Below are positions 28,213-39,300 of a stretch of 64,000 nucleotides of DNA, piece by piece. Source of the DNA: Salinivirgaceae bacterium (GTDB lineage: Bacteria; Bacteroidota; Bacteroidia; Bacteroidales; SZUA-534); NCBI GenBank assembly GCA_017645945.1, contig JAGCNL010000031.1, forward strand, positions 140,615-204,614, written 5' to 3'. Each line of letters begins with the position of its first letter. Position 1 is the stretch's first letter. The notes under the pieces were generated by a model. It did not search any database and was not told the DNA's origin. It was given only the letters and a program-made list of their open reading frames with translations. Position numbers and translations under genes: made by a program.

Positions 28213-29703
28213 ATGAAGAATTTATTGAAAACCACAGGCATTATGATGCTTGGCGCAGCAGTATTGTTTACGGGCTGCAAAAAAGACAAAGACGAGAAGT
28301 TAACCGTGACCGTAACGGCCAACAACCCTGAATGGGGCGTTGTTGTGGGCGGCGGCGAGTTTGACGAAGGAACCGAAATTGTTCTTGCCGCAACGGCGAA
28401 CGAAGGTTACCACTTTGTGAAATGGAGCAACGAACTTACCGACAATCCGCTCAAACTGGTTGTTACCAAAAACGAGTCGCTGATTGCCTACTTTGCCGAA
28501 GGCAATGGCGGCAACCCTGGCGGAGGCGGCACAAGCGACCCGCAGTCAATCACCCTGAGCGGAACCATCAACGAGAACACCACTTGGAAAGACCTTGGTC
28601 TGCCTGTGGATTACATTGTTGACGGCGAAATCTACCTTGACGGCAATGCTCTTGTAACCGTTGATTCGGGCGTGACCATTATGTTCACAGGCACAAATGG
28701 AGGCATCGAGGTTGGCGAAAACGCTGGCCTGAAAATGGTGGGAACAGCCACAAAGCCAATCATTTTCACTGGTCCTGCCAACAACCAGAATGTTGGCGCG
28801 TGGGCTGAAATCTCAGTTAGTTCAAAACGCACTGACAATGTTTGGGAATACGTAACCTTCAAAAATGGCGGCTCGGGCGACAATGTGGTGGCCATATTAG
28901 GTTCAGTTTCAATTAAGAATTGCACCATTGACGGCTCGGGGAAATATGGTCTCGGCATGTATGGCGATCAAGCAACACTTGCCGCCTTTGAGAACAACAC
29001 AATTAAGAACTGCAAGAAGTATCCAGTTTTCGCTGAATATCAAACATCTGCATTCGGTTTGACCGCCAATAATACATTCGACGCATCGAACACCGAAAAT
29101 GTTATTGCAATGTCAAACGGTCATTTTGAAATTGACCAATCAGCCACTCTGAAAAATCTTGGCATTCCGTATCTGATGCTTTCACCTTACCGCGTTGGAG
29201 GCTCGTCAACTCTGACTATTGAGGCTGGAGCAGTTATCAAAATGACAGGTGATGCAGGTCTTGCAATTTACGAAGACGTTACTTTGGTTGCCGAAGGAAC
29301 TGCCGACAAGCACATTGAGATTAGCGGCTACGAAAATCAGAAATCGTATTGGGAACCAATCGACTACAAATCAACAAAGTCGGCTTCAGTAATGAAATAT
29401 GTCGATTTCAAGAATGGTGGCAAGGGCGACGAGAATGCCGCAATCCTGCCAATCTACAGCAATGTGAAACTGACTATGGAAAACTGCACGTTCAGCGAGA
29501 CCGACGGTGCAGGAATCAGCATTGAACATGCCAACGAAATAGCCGGTCTGAGCATCAGCGGCGACACCTACACAAACTGCGGCAGCAATGTGAAGGTGCT
29601 TGGCGAATACGGCAAGGATGACGAAAACGGTGAATGGCAAGTAATTATTTCGGAAGGCCAGACTTTCGACAACTTTGCAGCCGTAAAAGCTGCTATGGAA
29701 TAA
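28213..29703 (+). CDS. Surface lipoprotein: Listeria-Bacteroides (InlB B-type) repeat head + parallel beta-helix-like repeats
   Basis: Lipobox LFTGC. TVTVTANNPEWGVVVGGGEFDEGTEIVLAATANEGYHFVKWSN is the repeat signature. The C-terminal part has recurring G-rich/N-rich beta-helix-like periodicity. Confidence 0.65.
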   Translation: MKNLLKTTGIMMLGAAVLFTGCKKDKDEKLTVTVTANNPEWGVVVGGGEFDEGTEIVLAATANEGYHFVKWSNELTDNPLKLVVTKNESLIAYFAEGNGGNPGGGGTSDPQSITLSGTINENTTWKDLGLPVDYIVDGEIYLDGNALVTVDSGVTIMFTGTNGGIEVGENAGLKMVGTATKPIIFTGPANNQNVGAWAEISVSSKRTDNVWEYVTFKNGGSGDNVVAILGSVSIKNCTIDGSGKYGLGMYGDQATLAAFENNTIKNCKKYPVFAEYQTSAFGLTANNTFDASNTENVIAMSNGHFEIDQSATLKNLGIPYLMLSPYRVGGSSTLTIEAGAVIKMTGDAGLAIYEDVTLVAEGTADKHIEISGYENQKSYWEPIDYKSTKSASVMKYVDFKNGGKGDENAAILPIYSNVKLTMENCTFSETDGAGISIEHANEIAGLSISGDTYTNCGSNVKVLGEYGKDDENGEWQVIISEGQTFDNFAAVKAAME

Positions 29704-29726
29704 TCAGTCTTCACTGACAAATAAAA

Positions 29727-29752
29727 AGCCGGAGTGTTCTCCGGCTTTTTTT
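29727..29752 (+). terminator. Rho-independent terminator
   Basis: AGCCGGAG/CTCCGGCT stem with a 4-nt loop, followed by a run of about seven U. Confidence 0.8.
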
Positions 29753-29866
29753 GTGCCGAAACACCAACAAGAATCCAATGCTGACATTTTGCAACATCTG
29801 TTAGAAGTTGACCGATTTTATTGCTTGTTTTGCAAAAAAAAGCAAACGCTCCTCGGTCATTAGAGT

Positions 29867-31336
29867 ATGAACAGTTTAGAATCAAAGGTTGTAACCGCCA
29901 CCAAATGGTCGGCCCTGACGGAGATAGCATCAAAGTTGGTCTCGCCCATAGCGGGAATGATTCTGGCCCGCCTGCTGACACCTGAAGCATACGGCGCCGT
30001 GGCCACCACAACTATCATCATATCGTTTGCCGAACTTTTTACCGATGCAGGGTTTCAGAAATACATTATCCAACACGATTTCACTGATGACGACGACCGC
30101 AACAAAAGTATAAACGTCGCCTTCTGGACCAACTTGGTAATGAGCCTGATAATCTGGGGAATTATAATCGTCTTCCGCTACCCTATAGCAAGCCTTGTCG
30201 GCAGCCCTGGCCTTGAAACCGCCATTGTTGTAGCCTGCGCCGCCATTCCAATTGCTGCATTCTCCAGCATACAAAGCGCCATCTACAAACGGAACTTAAA
30301 TTTCAGGATTCCGTTCATTGTCAGAATGATAGGATTAGGCATAACATTCTTCATCACCACCCCCCTCGCCTTCTGGCTACGAAGTTATTGGGCATTGATA
30401 ATAAGCAGTCTAATACAAGGATTGGTTGCCGCCCTAACACTCACATTATACTCCGATTGGAAACCATCGTTTTATTACAGTTTTAGGCGGTTGAAGGAAA
30501 TGTTTGGGTTTTGTGCTTGGATAATTATTGACCACATATTGAGTTGGACAAACAATTATTTAGACTTGTTTATTGCTGGAAGAAAATTCAATCAGCACAC
30601 ATTAGGAATATATAAAACATCAATCAACACTTCAACCAACATACTTGGTATCATTTCAAAAAGCTATATTCCCCTTCTGCTACCCACATATTCAAAATTG
30701 CAAAATGACATTCCGCAATTAAAACAAACGTTTCTGAAAATGCAGAAATATATAAGTGTGATTCTTTTACCCATCGGCTTTACGATTTTTCTATACAGCG
30801 ACTTAATCACAAAGATTCTGTTAGGCAGTCAATGGACCGAAGCAGCACCCCTTATTGGCATTTGGGGATTAATTCACTCATTCAGTCTCATTATCAATCG
30901 ATTTTGTGGCAACACATATATTGCTATTAACAAGCCTCATATTTCTGTTATTCTTTCATTGATATACGTTTGTGTTGCAATTCCTTCAATTTTGATATCT
31001 TCAGAACATGGGGTTCAAACAATGTTTTTTACACGAACTATAACAAAATTATGGATGCTTATTCTTCATACAGCAACCATTTTCATACTCATCCGCCTTT
31101 CCCCATTCAAAATCATTGGCAACATATTGCCCGAACTTATTGGCTGCGGACTTATGATAGCTATCACACACTCAATATCAACTATATGCAACACTACACT
31201 TTTACAATTGGTATCTATGGTTGTTTGCATAACGGTCTACTTGGGGTTTCTATTCGCCATGAAAAAAGAACGTGATATAATCAAACAAATATGGGATAAT
31301 ACGGTAAAATCGACCATAAACAAATTACGACAATAA
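29867..31336 (+). CDS. wzx: Polysaccharide flippase (Wzx/MOP family)
   Basis: Polytopic 489-aa protein. The N-terminus KWSALTEIASKLVSPIAGMILARLLTPEAYGAVA is typical of Wzx-type polysaccharide biosynthesis proteins. Confidence 0.75.
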   Translation: MNSLESKVVTATKWSALTEIASKLVSPIAGMILARLLTPEAYGAVATTTIIISFAELFTDAGFQKYIIQHDFTDDDDRNKSINVAFWTNLVMSLIIWGIIIVFRYPIASLVGSPGLETAIVVACAAIPIAAFSSIQSAIYKRNLNFRIPFIVRMIGLGITFFITTPLAFWLRSYWALIISSLIQGLVAALTLTLYSDWKPSFYYSFRRLKEMFGFCAWIIIDHILSWTNNYLDLFIAGRKFNQHTLGIYKTSINTSTNILGIISKSYIPLLLPTYSKLQNDIPQLKQTFLKMQKYISVILLPIGFTIFLYSDLITKILLGSQWTEAAPLIGIWGLIHSFSLIINRFCGNTYIAINKPHISVILSLIYVCVAIPSILISSEHGVQTMFFTRTITKLWMLILHTATIFILIRLSPFKIIGNILPELIGCGLMIAITHSISTICNTTLLQLVSMVVCITVYLGFLFAMKKERDIIKQIWDNTVKSTINKLRQ

Positions 31337-31420
31337 ATGTTCCTAACAACACAGCCTACTTAACAAATTTATTGTTTGCTTTGTAAAAAATGTTAATAGA
31401 AATTCTTCGCTGGGAATACC

Positions 31421-33022
31421 ATGAGCAATAAAAGAAATTTCCTTTCAAGAATACAACAACTGTTCACTTTAGACAATGCACTTTGCCTCATTTTATCCAT
31501 ATACTGTTCCTTAAATGCGTTTTGTTCTATAAATATGTCCTCGTGTTTTCAAAGAGTTAAAGATTATTCATTACCTATTTGCATTTTTATTGCATCCACT
31601 ACGTTCTGCATTTTTAAGTTTGTTTTCAAAAAATCAAATAATATACAACTATCGAAATACGGGAGCTTCAAAAAAAAAGAGTTATCGGTTTATGCATTGC
31701 TGATATTCATTGCCTGCACAATCTCGATTTTATGGAACTATCCAGCAACTATGCACAATGACGCAATAAGTCAATACCAACAAACAATATCTGGCCAATA
31801 CAACGACACACATCCCCTATTACATACTCTCATTTTTTTTAAAATACCCACTATTATTTGGAATAGTTATACATCGTGCGCCATTTTTCAGTGTCTGTTC
31901 ATTTCTGTAATATTGATATACTTTTGTTACTTCAGTCGAAAATACTTCTTAAATCAAACACAAACCATAGTACTTTTAACTTATATTCTAATCAATCCGA
32001 CTTTTCTTAAAATGGCGACAACGCTACTGAAAGACGTTCCTTTCTCTTATTGCCTAATGATAGGCACAATGTTTCTAATAGAGATTATCATCACCAATGG
32101 TGAATGGCTTAAAAACACTAAAAACAAAATCTTGTTTTGTCTTATGTGCTTGGGCGTTGTTTTCTTCAGACATAACGGCATTGCCAACTTTATAATGATG
32201 ACCATTCCATTGATCGTTGTTTATAAAACTAACAGAAAATTATTGGTGATTCTCTGCGTTGTACTTACCTTGTCTAAAATAATGGTTGCTCCTATTTTAA
32301 ATAAATTAGGTGGAGGGGAGAGTTGGCAAGCGTCAGAGATTATTGGTGTTCCACTAAACCACCCACTCAATACCATTTCTTACATTTACAACAATAACGG
32401 TATCGTATTGGAACACGAGAAGGAAATAATGAGCAACATCAACAGACTTGAGAATTGGAAGAAATATTACGACAAATACAGTTTCTACAATTTTAAAAAA
32501 GCACAAAATGGATATAATGATACTTACGTTGCTCAAAACTGGGACTCAATACTAAAAACATGGTTGCAGATGACTTATACAAATCCTGTTTTAGCAATAA
32601 AAAGTGAAGTTTATATCACATCGGGTATATGGCGTATTTCAAATACATTCAATTTTATGAGCAAAAAACATTTACAAGTCAATTATACTGGCCCACAATG
32701 GATTTCAAGAATAATGAATGGGTATGTGCAAATCCTTCAACGTACATATTTGAAAAATATAATGATAGATGTTGGGGAAGGCTTACTGTTTATAATATTC
32801 TCTCTATGCCTAACTATTAGAAAAAAGCCTCACAATAAAAATGCATATTTGCCATACGTTCTTGTATTATCCAATGTTTTAGTAATAACTTGCCTTGTAA
32901 CATCTGGCACACCTCGTTTTGTTTACTCTTCAATCCTATGCGCATATCCGTTAATATTGTACGCGTTATACAATAAACAAACTAAAATGGCAACCTCAAA
33001 TAAAGAGCTGACGTTAGCATAA
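31421..33022 (+). CDS. Large polytopic membrane protein (candidate polymerase or GT-C-like enzyme)
   Basis: 533 aa with many hydrophobic segments and a ~200-aa soluble region. It sits where Wzy would be expected. I do not recognise a family. Confidence 0.5.
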   Translation: MSNKRNFLSRIQQLFTLDNALCLILSIYCSLNAFCSINMSSCFQRVKDYSLPICIFIASTTFCIFKFVFKKSNNIQLSKYGSFKKKELSVYALLIFIACTISILWNYPATMHNDAISQYQQTISGQYNDTHPLLHTLIFFKIPTIIWNSYTSCAIFQCLFISVILIYFCYFSRKYFLNQTQTIVLLTYILINPTFLKMATTLLKDVPFSYCLMIGTMFLIEIIITNGEWLKNTKNKILFCLMCLGVVFFRHNGIANFIMMTIPLIVVYKTNRKLLVILCVVLTLSKIMVAPILNKLGGGESWQASEIIGVPLNHPLNTISYIYNNNGIVLEHEKEIMSNINRLENWKKYYDKYSFYNFKKAQNGYNDTYVAQNWDSILKTWLQMTYTNPVLAIKSEVYITSGIWRISNTFNFMSKKHLQVNYTGPQWISRIMNGYVQILQRTYLKNIMIDVGEGLLFIIFSLCLTIRKKPHNKNAYLPYVLVLSNVLVITCLVTSGTPRFVYSSILCAYPLILYALYNKQTKMATSNKELTLA

Positions 33023-33027
33023 TTGAC

Positions 33028-34062
33028 ATGAAAATCGCCATTCATCATCGGGCAAACTCTTATAGTGAGCATTGGATAAAATACTGCCAAACGCACAATA
33101 TCCAATACAAGATTGTTGATGCATACGCCAATGATATTATAGAGCAAGTAACTGATTGTGATGCTTTTATGTGGCATTTTCATCACTGCATCCATAAAGA
33201 CAATTTATTAGCAAAACAATTAATTTATGTGATTGAAAAACAAATGGGCAAAATCACCTATCCAGACTATAATACTTGTTGGCAATTCGATGACAAGATT
33301 AGTCAGAAATATCTATTGACGGCTATTGGTGCTCCATTTGTTCCGACATACATATTTTATACTCGAAACGAGGCCGTTGAATGGATTAAGAGCACATCTT
33401 TTCCTAAAGTTTTCAAATTGAAAATCGGGGCGAGTGCATCAAATGTTCAATTAATAAAATCATACAAGCAAGCAAAACGCACAATAAACAAAGCCTTTGG
33501 AAGGGGCATTAAAACATTCCGTTACCTTGGACGAATAAAAGAGCAGCTCCTAAAATACAAACAAGGATTGGTATCCATTAGAAACCTTTTAGGGTTAATC
33601 AAAATGTGGCTATTACATATCTGCCCTAATGAATTCTTCCGCTTTCACCCTAATGAAATAGGGTATGCATATTTTCAAGATTTCATACCAAATAACGAAT
33701 TCGATATTCGAGTATTTATCGTTAACAACAAGGCTATTGCATTAAAAAGAATGAACAGAAAAAACGATTTTCGCGCATCTGGAAGTGGAATCCTAATTTA
33801 CGACAAAGATCAAATTGATGAGAATTGCATTAAAATGGCATTTGAAACAAATCAAAAGTTACAAATGCAAAGTGTTGCATTCGATTTCTTACATGACAAT
33901 AACGGCAAACCCATAATAACAGAAATCTGTTATTGCCGTGACAATAAAAACAAAGGGCATAAAGGTTATTGGAGCAACGATATGCAATGGCACAAATGCG
34001 ACAATATAAACATATGTGATTGGATTATAGAAGGTGTTATTGAGAAAGCACATGAGCAATGA
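33028..34062 (+). CDS. ATP-grasp-fold protein
   Basis: DKISQKYLLTAIGAPFVPTYIFYTRNEAVEWIKSTSFPKVFKLKIGASASNVQLI fits the ATP-grasp central-domain pattern. EPS-locus context. Confidence 0.5.
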   Translation: MKIAIHHRANSYSEHWIKYCQTHNIQYKIVDAYANDIIEQVTDCDAFMWHFHHCIHKDNLLAKQLIYVIEKQMGKITYPDYNTCWQFDDKISQKYLLTAIGAPFVPTYIFYTRNEAVEWIKSTSFPKVFKLKIGASASNVQLIKSYKQAKRTINKAFGRGIKTFRYLGRIKEQLLKYKQGLVSIRNLLGLIKMWLLHICPNEFFRFHPNEIGYAYFQDFIPNNEFDIRVFIVNNKAIALKRMNRKNDFRASGSGILIYDKDQIDENCIKMAFETNQKLQMQSVAFDFLHDNNGKPIITEICYCRDNKNKGHKGYWSNDMQWHKCDNINICDWIIEGVIEKAHEQ

Positions 34063-35111
34063 AAATTCTGTTTTTTATTAATAAATTATATGGTGGCGGA
34101 GCCGAACGTGTCGCAACAATTCTGACGAATCATTTATGCAACAATCATAATGTTTGTGCAGTGATTTTCGATGACAAGGAAAAATCATATCAATTAAGCG
34201 ACCGTATCCCAACACATAAAATATCCACCAACGGCAGATGTAGAATAATACGATTGATTAAACGCGTCGGTACTATCAGAAAAGAGATAAAAAAGGAGTC
34301 GCCTGACATTATTATTTCATTCCTAACACCCATCAACATATATGTAATAATATCGAGCTTATTCCTCCGAAAAAAAATCATCATTTCTGAACGCAACACT
34401 CTAAACCGTGTACAATCGAGATTTGTCAGACTTCTACGACGAATTGTATATCCTTTAGCCGACGAAATAGTTTTTGTAACAGAAGCTGACCGTATTAGAT
34501 TCGGTCTATCACAAAAAAGCACTACCATTTACAATCCAGCCATATTCGAGCCATACCCAAACTATGATAATAGGCAGAATACCATAATAACTATAGCCCC
34601 AACTGACAGATGGTATAACAAAGGTCTTGACCTACTTGTAAAAGCATGGACAAGAATTGCATCTCAAAATCCTGATTGGAATTTGGAAATATACGGGCGG
34701 AAAAACGACACTCAACTACCAATAGCTATTAGTCAACATCACGAAAGACTATTATGGAAAGGCTGGAACAACGATATTGCAGAAGTGCTGCGCACAAAAA
34801 GTATTTTTGTGTTGGCTTCACGATTCGAAGGTTGCCCCAACAGTCTCATCGAGGCCATGAGTCAAGGATGTGCCTGTATTGGTTCAAATTGTGAAGGCGG
34901 CATAAAAGAAATAATAACCGACGGCATTGACGGACTGATTATCCAAAACGGGAATGATGTTGACATTGCGGAAAAAATACAAATACTGATTGAAAATAAG
35001 AATCTGCGTCACAAGTTATCATCTGGTGCAATTGAAAAAGTAAAACAATTTGACAAAAACGTTTTTTTTACCAAATGGGATGACTTGATTGATGAAGTTA
35101 CAGCAAAATGA
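34059..35111 (+). CDS. Glycosyltransferase family 4
   Basis: KLYGGGAERVATILTN at the N-terminus and SRFEGCPNSLIEAMSQGCACIGSNCEGG (E-x7-E region). ATGA overlap with the upstream gene. Confidence 0.8.
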   Translation: MKILFFINKLYGGGAERVATILTNHLCNNHNVCAVIFDDKEKSYQLSDRIPTHKISTNGRCRIIRLIKRVGTIRKEIKKESPDIIISFLTPINIYVIISSLFLRKKIIISERNTLNRVQSRFVRLLRRIVYPLADEIVFVTEADRIRFGLSQKSTTIYNPAIFEPYPNYDNRQNTIITIAPTDRWYNKGLDLLVKAWTRIASQNPDWNLEIYGRKNDTQLPIAISQHHERLLWKGWNNDIAEVLRTKSIFVLASRFEGCPNSLIEAMSQGCACIGSNCEGGIKEIITDGIDGLIIQNGNDVDIAEKIQILIENKNLRHKLSSGAIEKVKQFDKNVFFTKWDDLIDEVTAK

Positions 35112-36172
35112 AAATACTTGTATTCATAAGTAAACTATATAATGGCGGTGGCGAACGTGTCGCTTCTATTCTCTTGAATCATCTATGTGAAAAACATAAT
35201 GTAACAGCCGCCGTATTCGACACCAAAGAGAAATCCTATCCTATAAACGATAAAATAAAACTTATTGACCTATCTTGCGGAAAACGAATAAGACCATATC
35301 AACTCAATAGAATTATAAAAAGTCGAGAAACAATTAAAAAAATCCAGCCTGACTTGATAATATCTTTTATAGTTGAACTTAACAGGTTCGTTATAATATC
35401 AAATGTATTTTGCAGAAAAAAACTAATTGTATCGGAAAGGACAACGATTCAAAGGCGGCAGTCGCTTTTTCACACCTTCACACGCCACATTCTATATAGG
35501 CTCGCGAATAGAGTTGTCCTCGTATCTAAATGCGATTATGATTATGCAAAATGGCTGAAGAATAAAACATTAATTTACAACCCACTAGTGTTCCCAACAA
35601 TCACCAACTATAATAAACGTGAAAATACAATTGTCACTATAAGTTCACAACACCGATGGCATGTAAAAGGCTTTGACTTGCTAATTCAAGCATGGGCTAA
35701 AATCGCGCCATCGCACCCTAACTGGAAATTACAATTTATCGGCACAAACGATTGTAATTACATAAGCAACATGGTAAAATCCATAGGACTTGAAAATCAA
35801 GTTGATTTTTTAGGTTGGACTTATGAAATTGACAAAATACTTCAAACCAAAAGCATATATGTCCTATCATCGCGTAATGAAGGATTCCCGAACAGCCTTA
35901 TCGAAGCCATGAGCCAAGGTTGCGCTTGTGCGGCGTTCGACTGCAAAACCGGACCAAACGAGATTATTACTGATGGTGTCAGCGGCCTCCTAGCTAGAAA
36001 TGGTAACATTAATGACCTGGCTGCCAAACTGCAAACACTAATTGAAGATAAGGAGTTGCGACAACGATTATCTGCCAACGGTGTGGAAGAAGTTAAACGG
36101 TTTGATAAGGAATTGATAATGAGACAATGGGATGAGTTGATTGAAGATGCTACACAGAGAGCGCAGAGGTAA
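35108..36172 (+). CDS. Glycosyltransferase family 4 (paralogue of the preceding gene)
   Basis: KLYNGGGERVASILLN and SRNEGFPNSLIEAMSQGCACAAFDCKTG. ATGA overlap with the upstream gene. Confidence 0.8.
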   Translation: MKILVFISKLYNGGGERVASILLNHLCEKHNVTAAVFDTKEKSYPINDKIKLIDLSCGKRIRPYQLNRIIKSRETIKKIQPDLIISFIVELNRFVIISNVFCRKKLIVSERTTIQRRQSLFHTFTRHILYRLANRVVLVSKCDYDYAKWLKNKTLIYNPLVFPTITNYNKRENTIVTISSQHRWHVKGFDLLIQAWAKIAPSHPNWKLQFIGTNDCNYISNMVKSIGLENQVDFLGWTYEIDKILQTKSIYVLSSRNEGFPNSLIEAMSQGCACAAFDCKTGPNEIITDGVSGLLARNGNINDLAAKLQTLIEDKELRQRLSANGVEEVKRFDKELIMRQWDELIEDATQRAQR

Positions 36173-36379
36173 TGGAGGACACGAAGATTTAAGGCTCTGT
36201 CACCAGTCCACTTCGTAAACAAAATACAACAATTTGTCAACAAATGCTTTTTTATATAGTGGTATAATGTAACTTTAACATCGAATATATGTATAAAAGA
36301 GTGTTTGGGAACATACAACAAATTGTATTGTATAGAAACATAACAAAATAGAATTTAATAACCTTTAAATAATCGCACT

Positions 36380-39300
36380 ATGAAACGCAGATTTACACTT
36401 TTAGCAATTGCGACATTTTTGTCATCAACATTGATGGCACAATGGAATGGTTCCGACACAGAAGAACCCACCATAGTTGGAGGCAAGTATCAAATTGCCA
36501 AAGCAGAGAATTTGGCTTGGATTGCAGCAAACCCATCGCACTGGGGAGACAGCTACGAGCAAACCGATGATATTGATTTAAACAATAAACCTTGGACTCC
36601 TATTGGCGATGGCACAACACAATTTACAGGTTCATATGATGGAAATGGATATGTTATCAGTAATTTGTATTACAACAATCTAAACCAAAATTATGTGGGT
36701 TTATTTGGTTACATAAAAAGTGCTAAATTACAAAACATTACTATTGCAAGCGGCTTTGTTCAAGGAAGTGGGTATACTGCTGGCGTTTGTGGTGGAGCAA
36801 ATGGTGTGTCAGGTAATAAATCAGAAATATCATGCTGCACAAACAATGCCACTGTATATAGTAAAAATGAGCGTAATGCCGGTGTGTGCGGATGGGCAGA
36901 GAACACAACAATAACAGATTGTATTAACTATGGTCTTATATCAGGTTTCAATTTTACAGGTGGCATACTAGGGCATTGCAACAAAAATACTGTATCTATT
37001 ACACGCTGTGTAAATGTAGGACAAGTGTTTGGCATGCGCTATACATGTGGAAATTTAGTGGGATTTAACAATGGTTCTAAAGCCATTTTAAAAAACTGCT
37101 ATTATGACAACCAAATAAACGCATCACTTGGTGTAACCACTCAAACTGGCATAATTGAAACAGACACAGATGATTCAGAAAAGATTGAGGGGAAAGCCAC
37201 ATCTGCAATGATTAGTGGAGAACTTGAATCTGCTTTGGGTGAGAAGTGGTATTTTGAGGATGGCTTATATCCTCGATTGAAGATACAAGTCGGTAATACT
37301 TCAAAATTCAGTTATATGAATAATGCAATAATTCTGGCTGCCACACCTGTCAAATTTCATAATGACACCGACAAAGCAGACAATGTGACAGAGGACTTTG
37401 TTGTTTCCACAAAAAATAGTGTGTCTTGGGAAAGTGGAGAAAGTTCATATCTATCAATCAGTAAAGATAGTATTGCGACAATAAATTTTTCGACAGCCGT
37501 TGTTCTAACAGCTACAAAAGGAAGCTATACTAAAAAAGTGTATTTGAAAACAAACAAAATCAACGCAACACCTATTGGCTCAATTGATAATCCGCTACCT
37601 GTTGCTAACGAAGCAGACCTAAAAGAATTGCGTGATGCAGTGAACAACTATGGCTCGTATAAAAAATGTGCCAACTATGACGGTTTTAAAGGTATATATT
37701 TCAAACAGACTTCCCATATAATATTGGAATCATGGACTGAATCTATTGGCATACACAATTCATTTAAAGGCAACTACAATGGTAACAACAATACTATAAA
37801 GAATATTAACACAAATGGTTCTGTTAATGTCGGAGGTTTGTTTAGTCTCGCCTCGTATGGTAAAATTGAAAATTTGACCATATATGGCAATGTCAGTGGA
37901 GAATCTTTTGTTGGTGGTATTTGTGGAAGTACATTCAAAGAAACGTTAGAAAATTGTACTTCAAACTGCACAGTAAATGTCGGTTGGAACAATTCTTATG
38001 CTGGTGGAATGGTTGGCGTTGACAAAGGTTTTTCAGAGCTTATTAATTGCACAAACAATGGTAATGTTACCGGCGGGCAGTATTGTGGTGGTATTATGGC
38101 AACAAGCAATATGGAAACCACATTTGACAATTGCGAAAACTTTGGAACAATAGACTGCTCAGAAGGTACTACCGCTACCTATCCTGGTCTCTATGTTGGC
38201 GGTATTTGCGGCGCACTATCATCAACAAGTGGTAAGTGCACAATTATCAATTGCAAGAATTATGGTAAAATAAAAGCCAAATCTACTGCCGGCGGTATTG
38301 TTGGTACAGCAATGAAACCTTCAGCTGATTGCGAAATAAACAACTGCATAAACACGGGGGACATTGAAGGAGCATCACCTATAGGAGGTATTGTTGGAGC
38401 TTCGACTAAAACAAATGTTTCAAATTGTTTGAATTTAGGTACAATTAATGCTGGCGGTGGTATCGCAGGAAGTATTGAATCTGGCTATTCGGTTTACAAT
38501 TGCTTCAATGCAGGAATTGCAAGCAACGCAATAGCTTCTTCTGGCGAAATCGACTCTTGCCTCAATATTGGCAAAGTAACATCCGTTCCAGCAGGATGCC
38601 ACAACGACTCGCAGATGAGCTCAAAAAGTGGATACAACACATCTGACATGCTTGGTACCGAATTGCAAAGTGCTTTAGGTACAGAAAAATGGACATTCAC
38701 CGATGGAATGTACCCAATGATAAAAGCTCTAGAAAATTCTGACTATATGATTGTTGCGGCAACGCCCGTGATTCTGAATGAGCCAGATGACGTAGACGGA
38801 GTTGAAACTGCATTCACATATGTCACAGGAAATACTGTGAATTGGGTTTGCAACAAGCCTTCGTTTGTTTCGTTCATAAACGGAACCGCATATCTATCCA
38901 ACCCAAATGAAGATCCAGAGAATGTTGAGCTTACAGTTTCAAAAGGCAACGCAAGCAAAAAAATTGCAATGGCAATCAAGCATGTGGAGGGAACTACACC
39001 AACAATCAGCTGGGTTACTGACCTCGGCGTAATTGAATATGGAAATTCGTTTACTCTATCAGAAGAACAAAAAGCTACAATATCTCCTGCTGAAGTTCTC
39101 TCTGAAGGTAGGATTGAGTATAGTGTGACAGAAGGAACCACCTTAAACGCAGGTTCTTATAACATTTCAGCCACATATATTCCAAATGCAGGCAGTTCTT
39201 GGTTGACAACGTCAACAAGTGCCCATCTGCTTGTTTCCAAAAAAGAAGTTCCAGCATTTACCTGGAGACCCGAAGACAAATCGTACCCCTATGGAAATGC

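Noticed and set aside
27956-28216. 86-aa plus-strand ORF directly upstream of the lipoprotein gene.
   Set aside because: It spans the C9 tract and the hairpin arms, has an odd Cys/Leu-rich composition, and ends inside the next gene's start region. It is more likely leader RNA than a gene.
36173-36379. Invertible promoter or UpxY-type regulatory region upstream of the giant adhesin and of wzx (29753-29866).
   Set aside because: I looked for flanking inverted repeats and exact TAnnTTTG motifs and found none that were convincing. Only short AT-rich palindromes are present.
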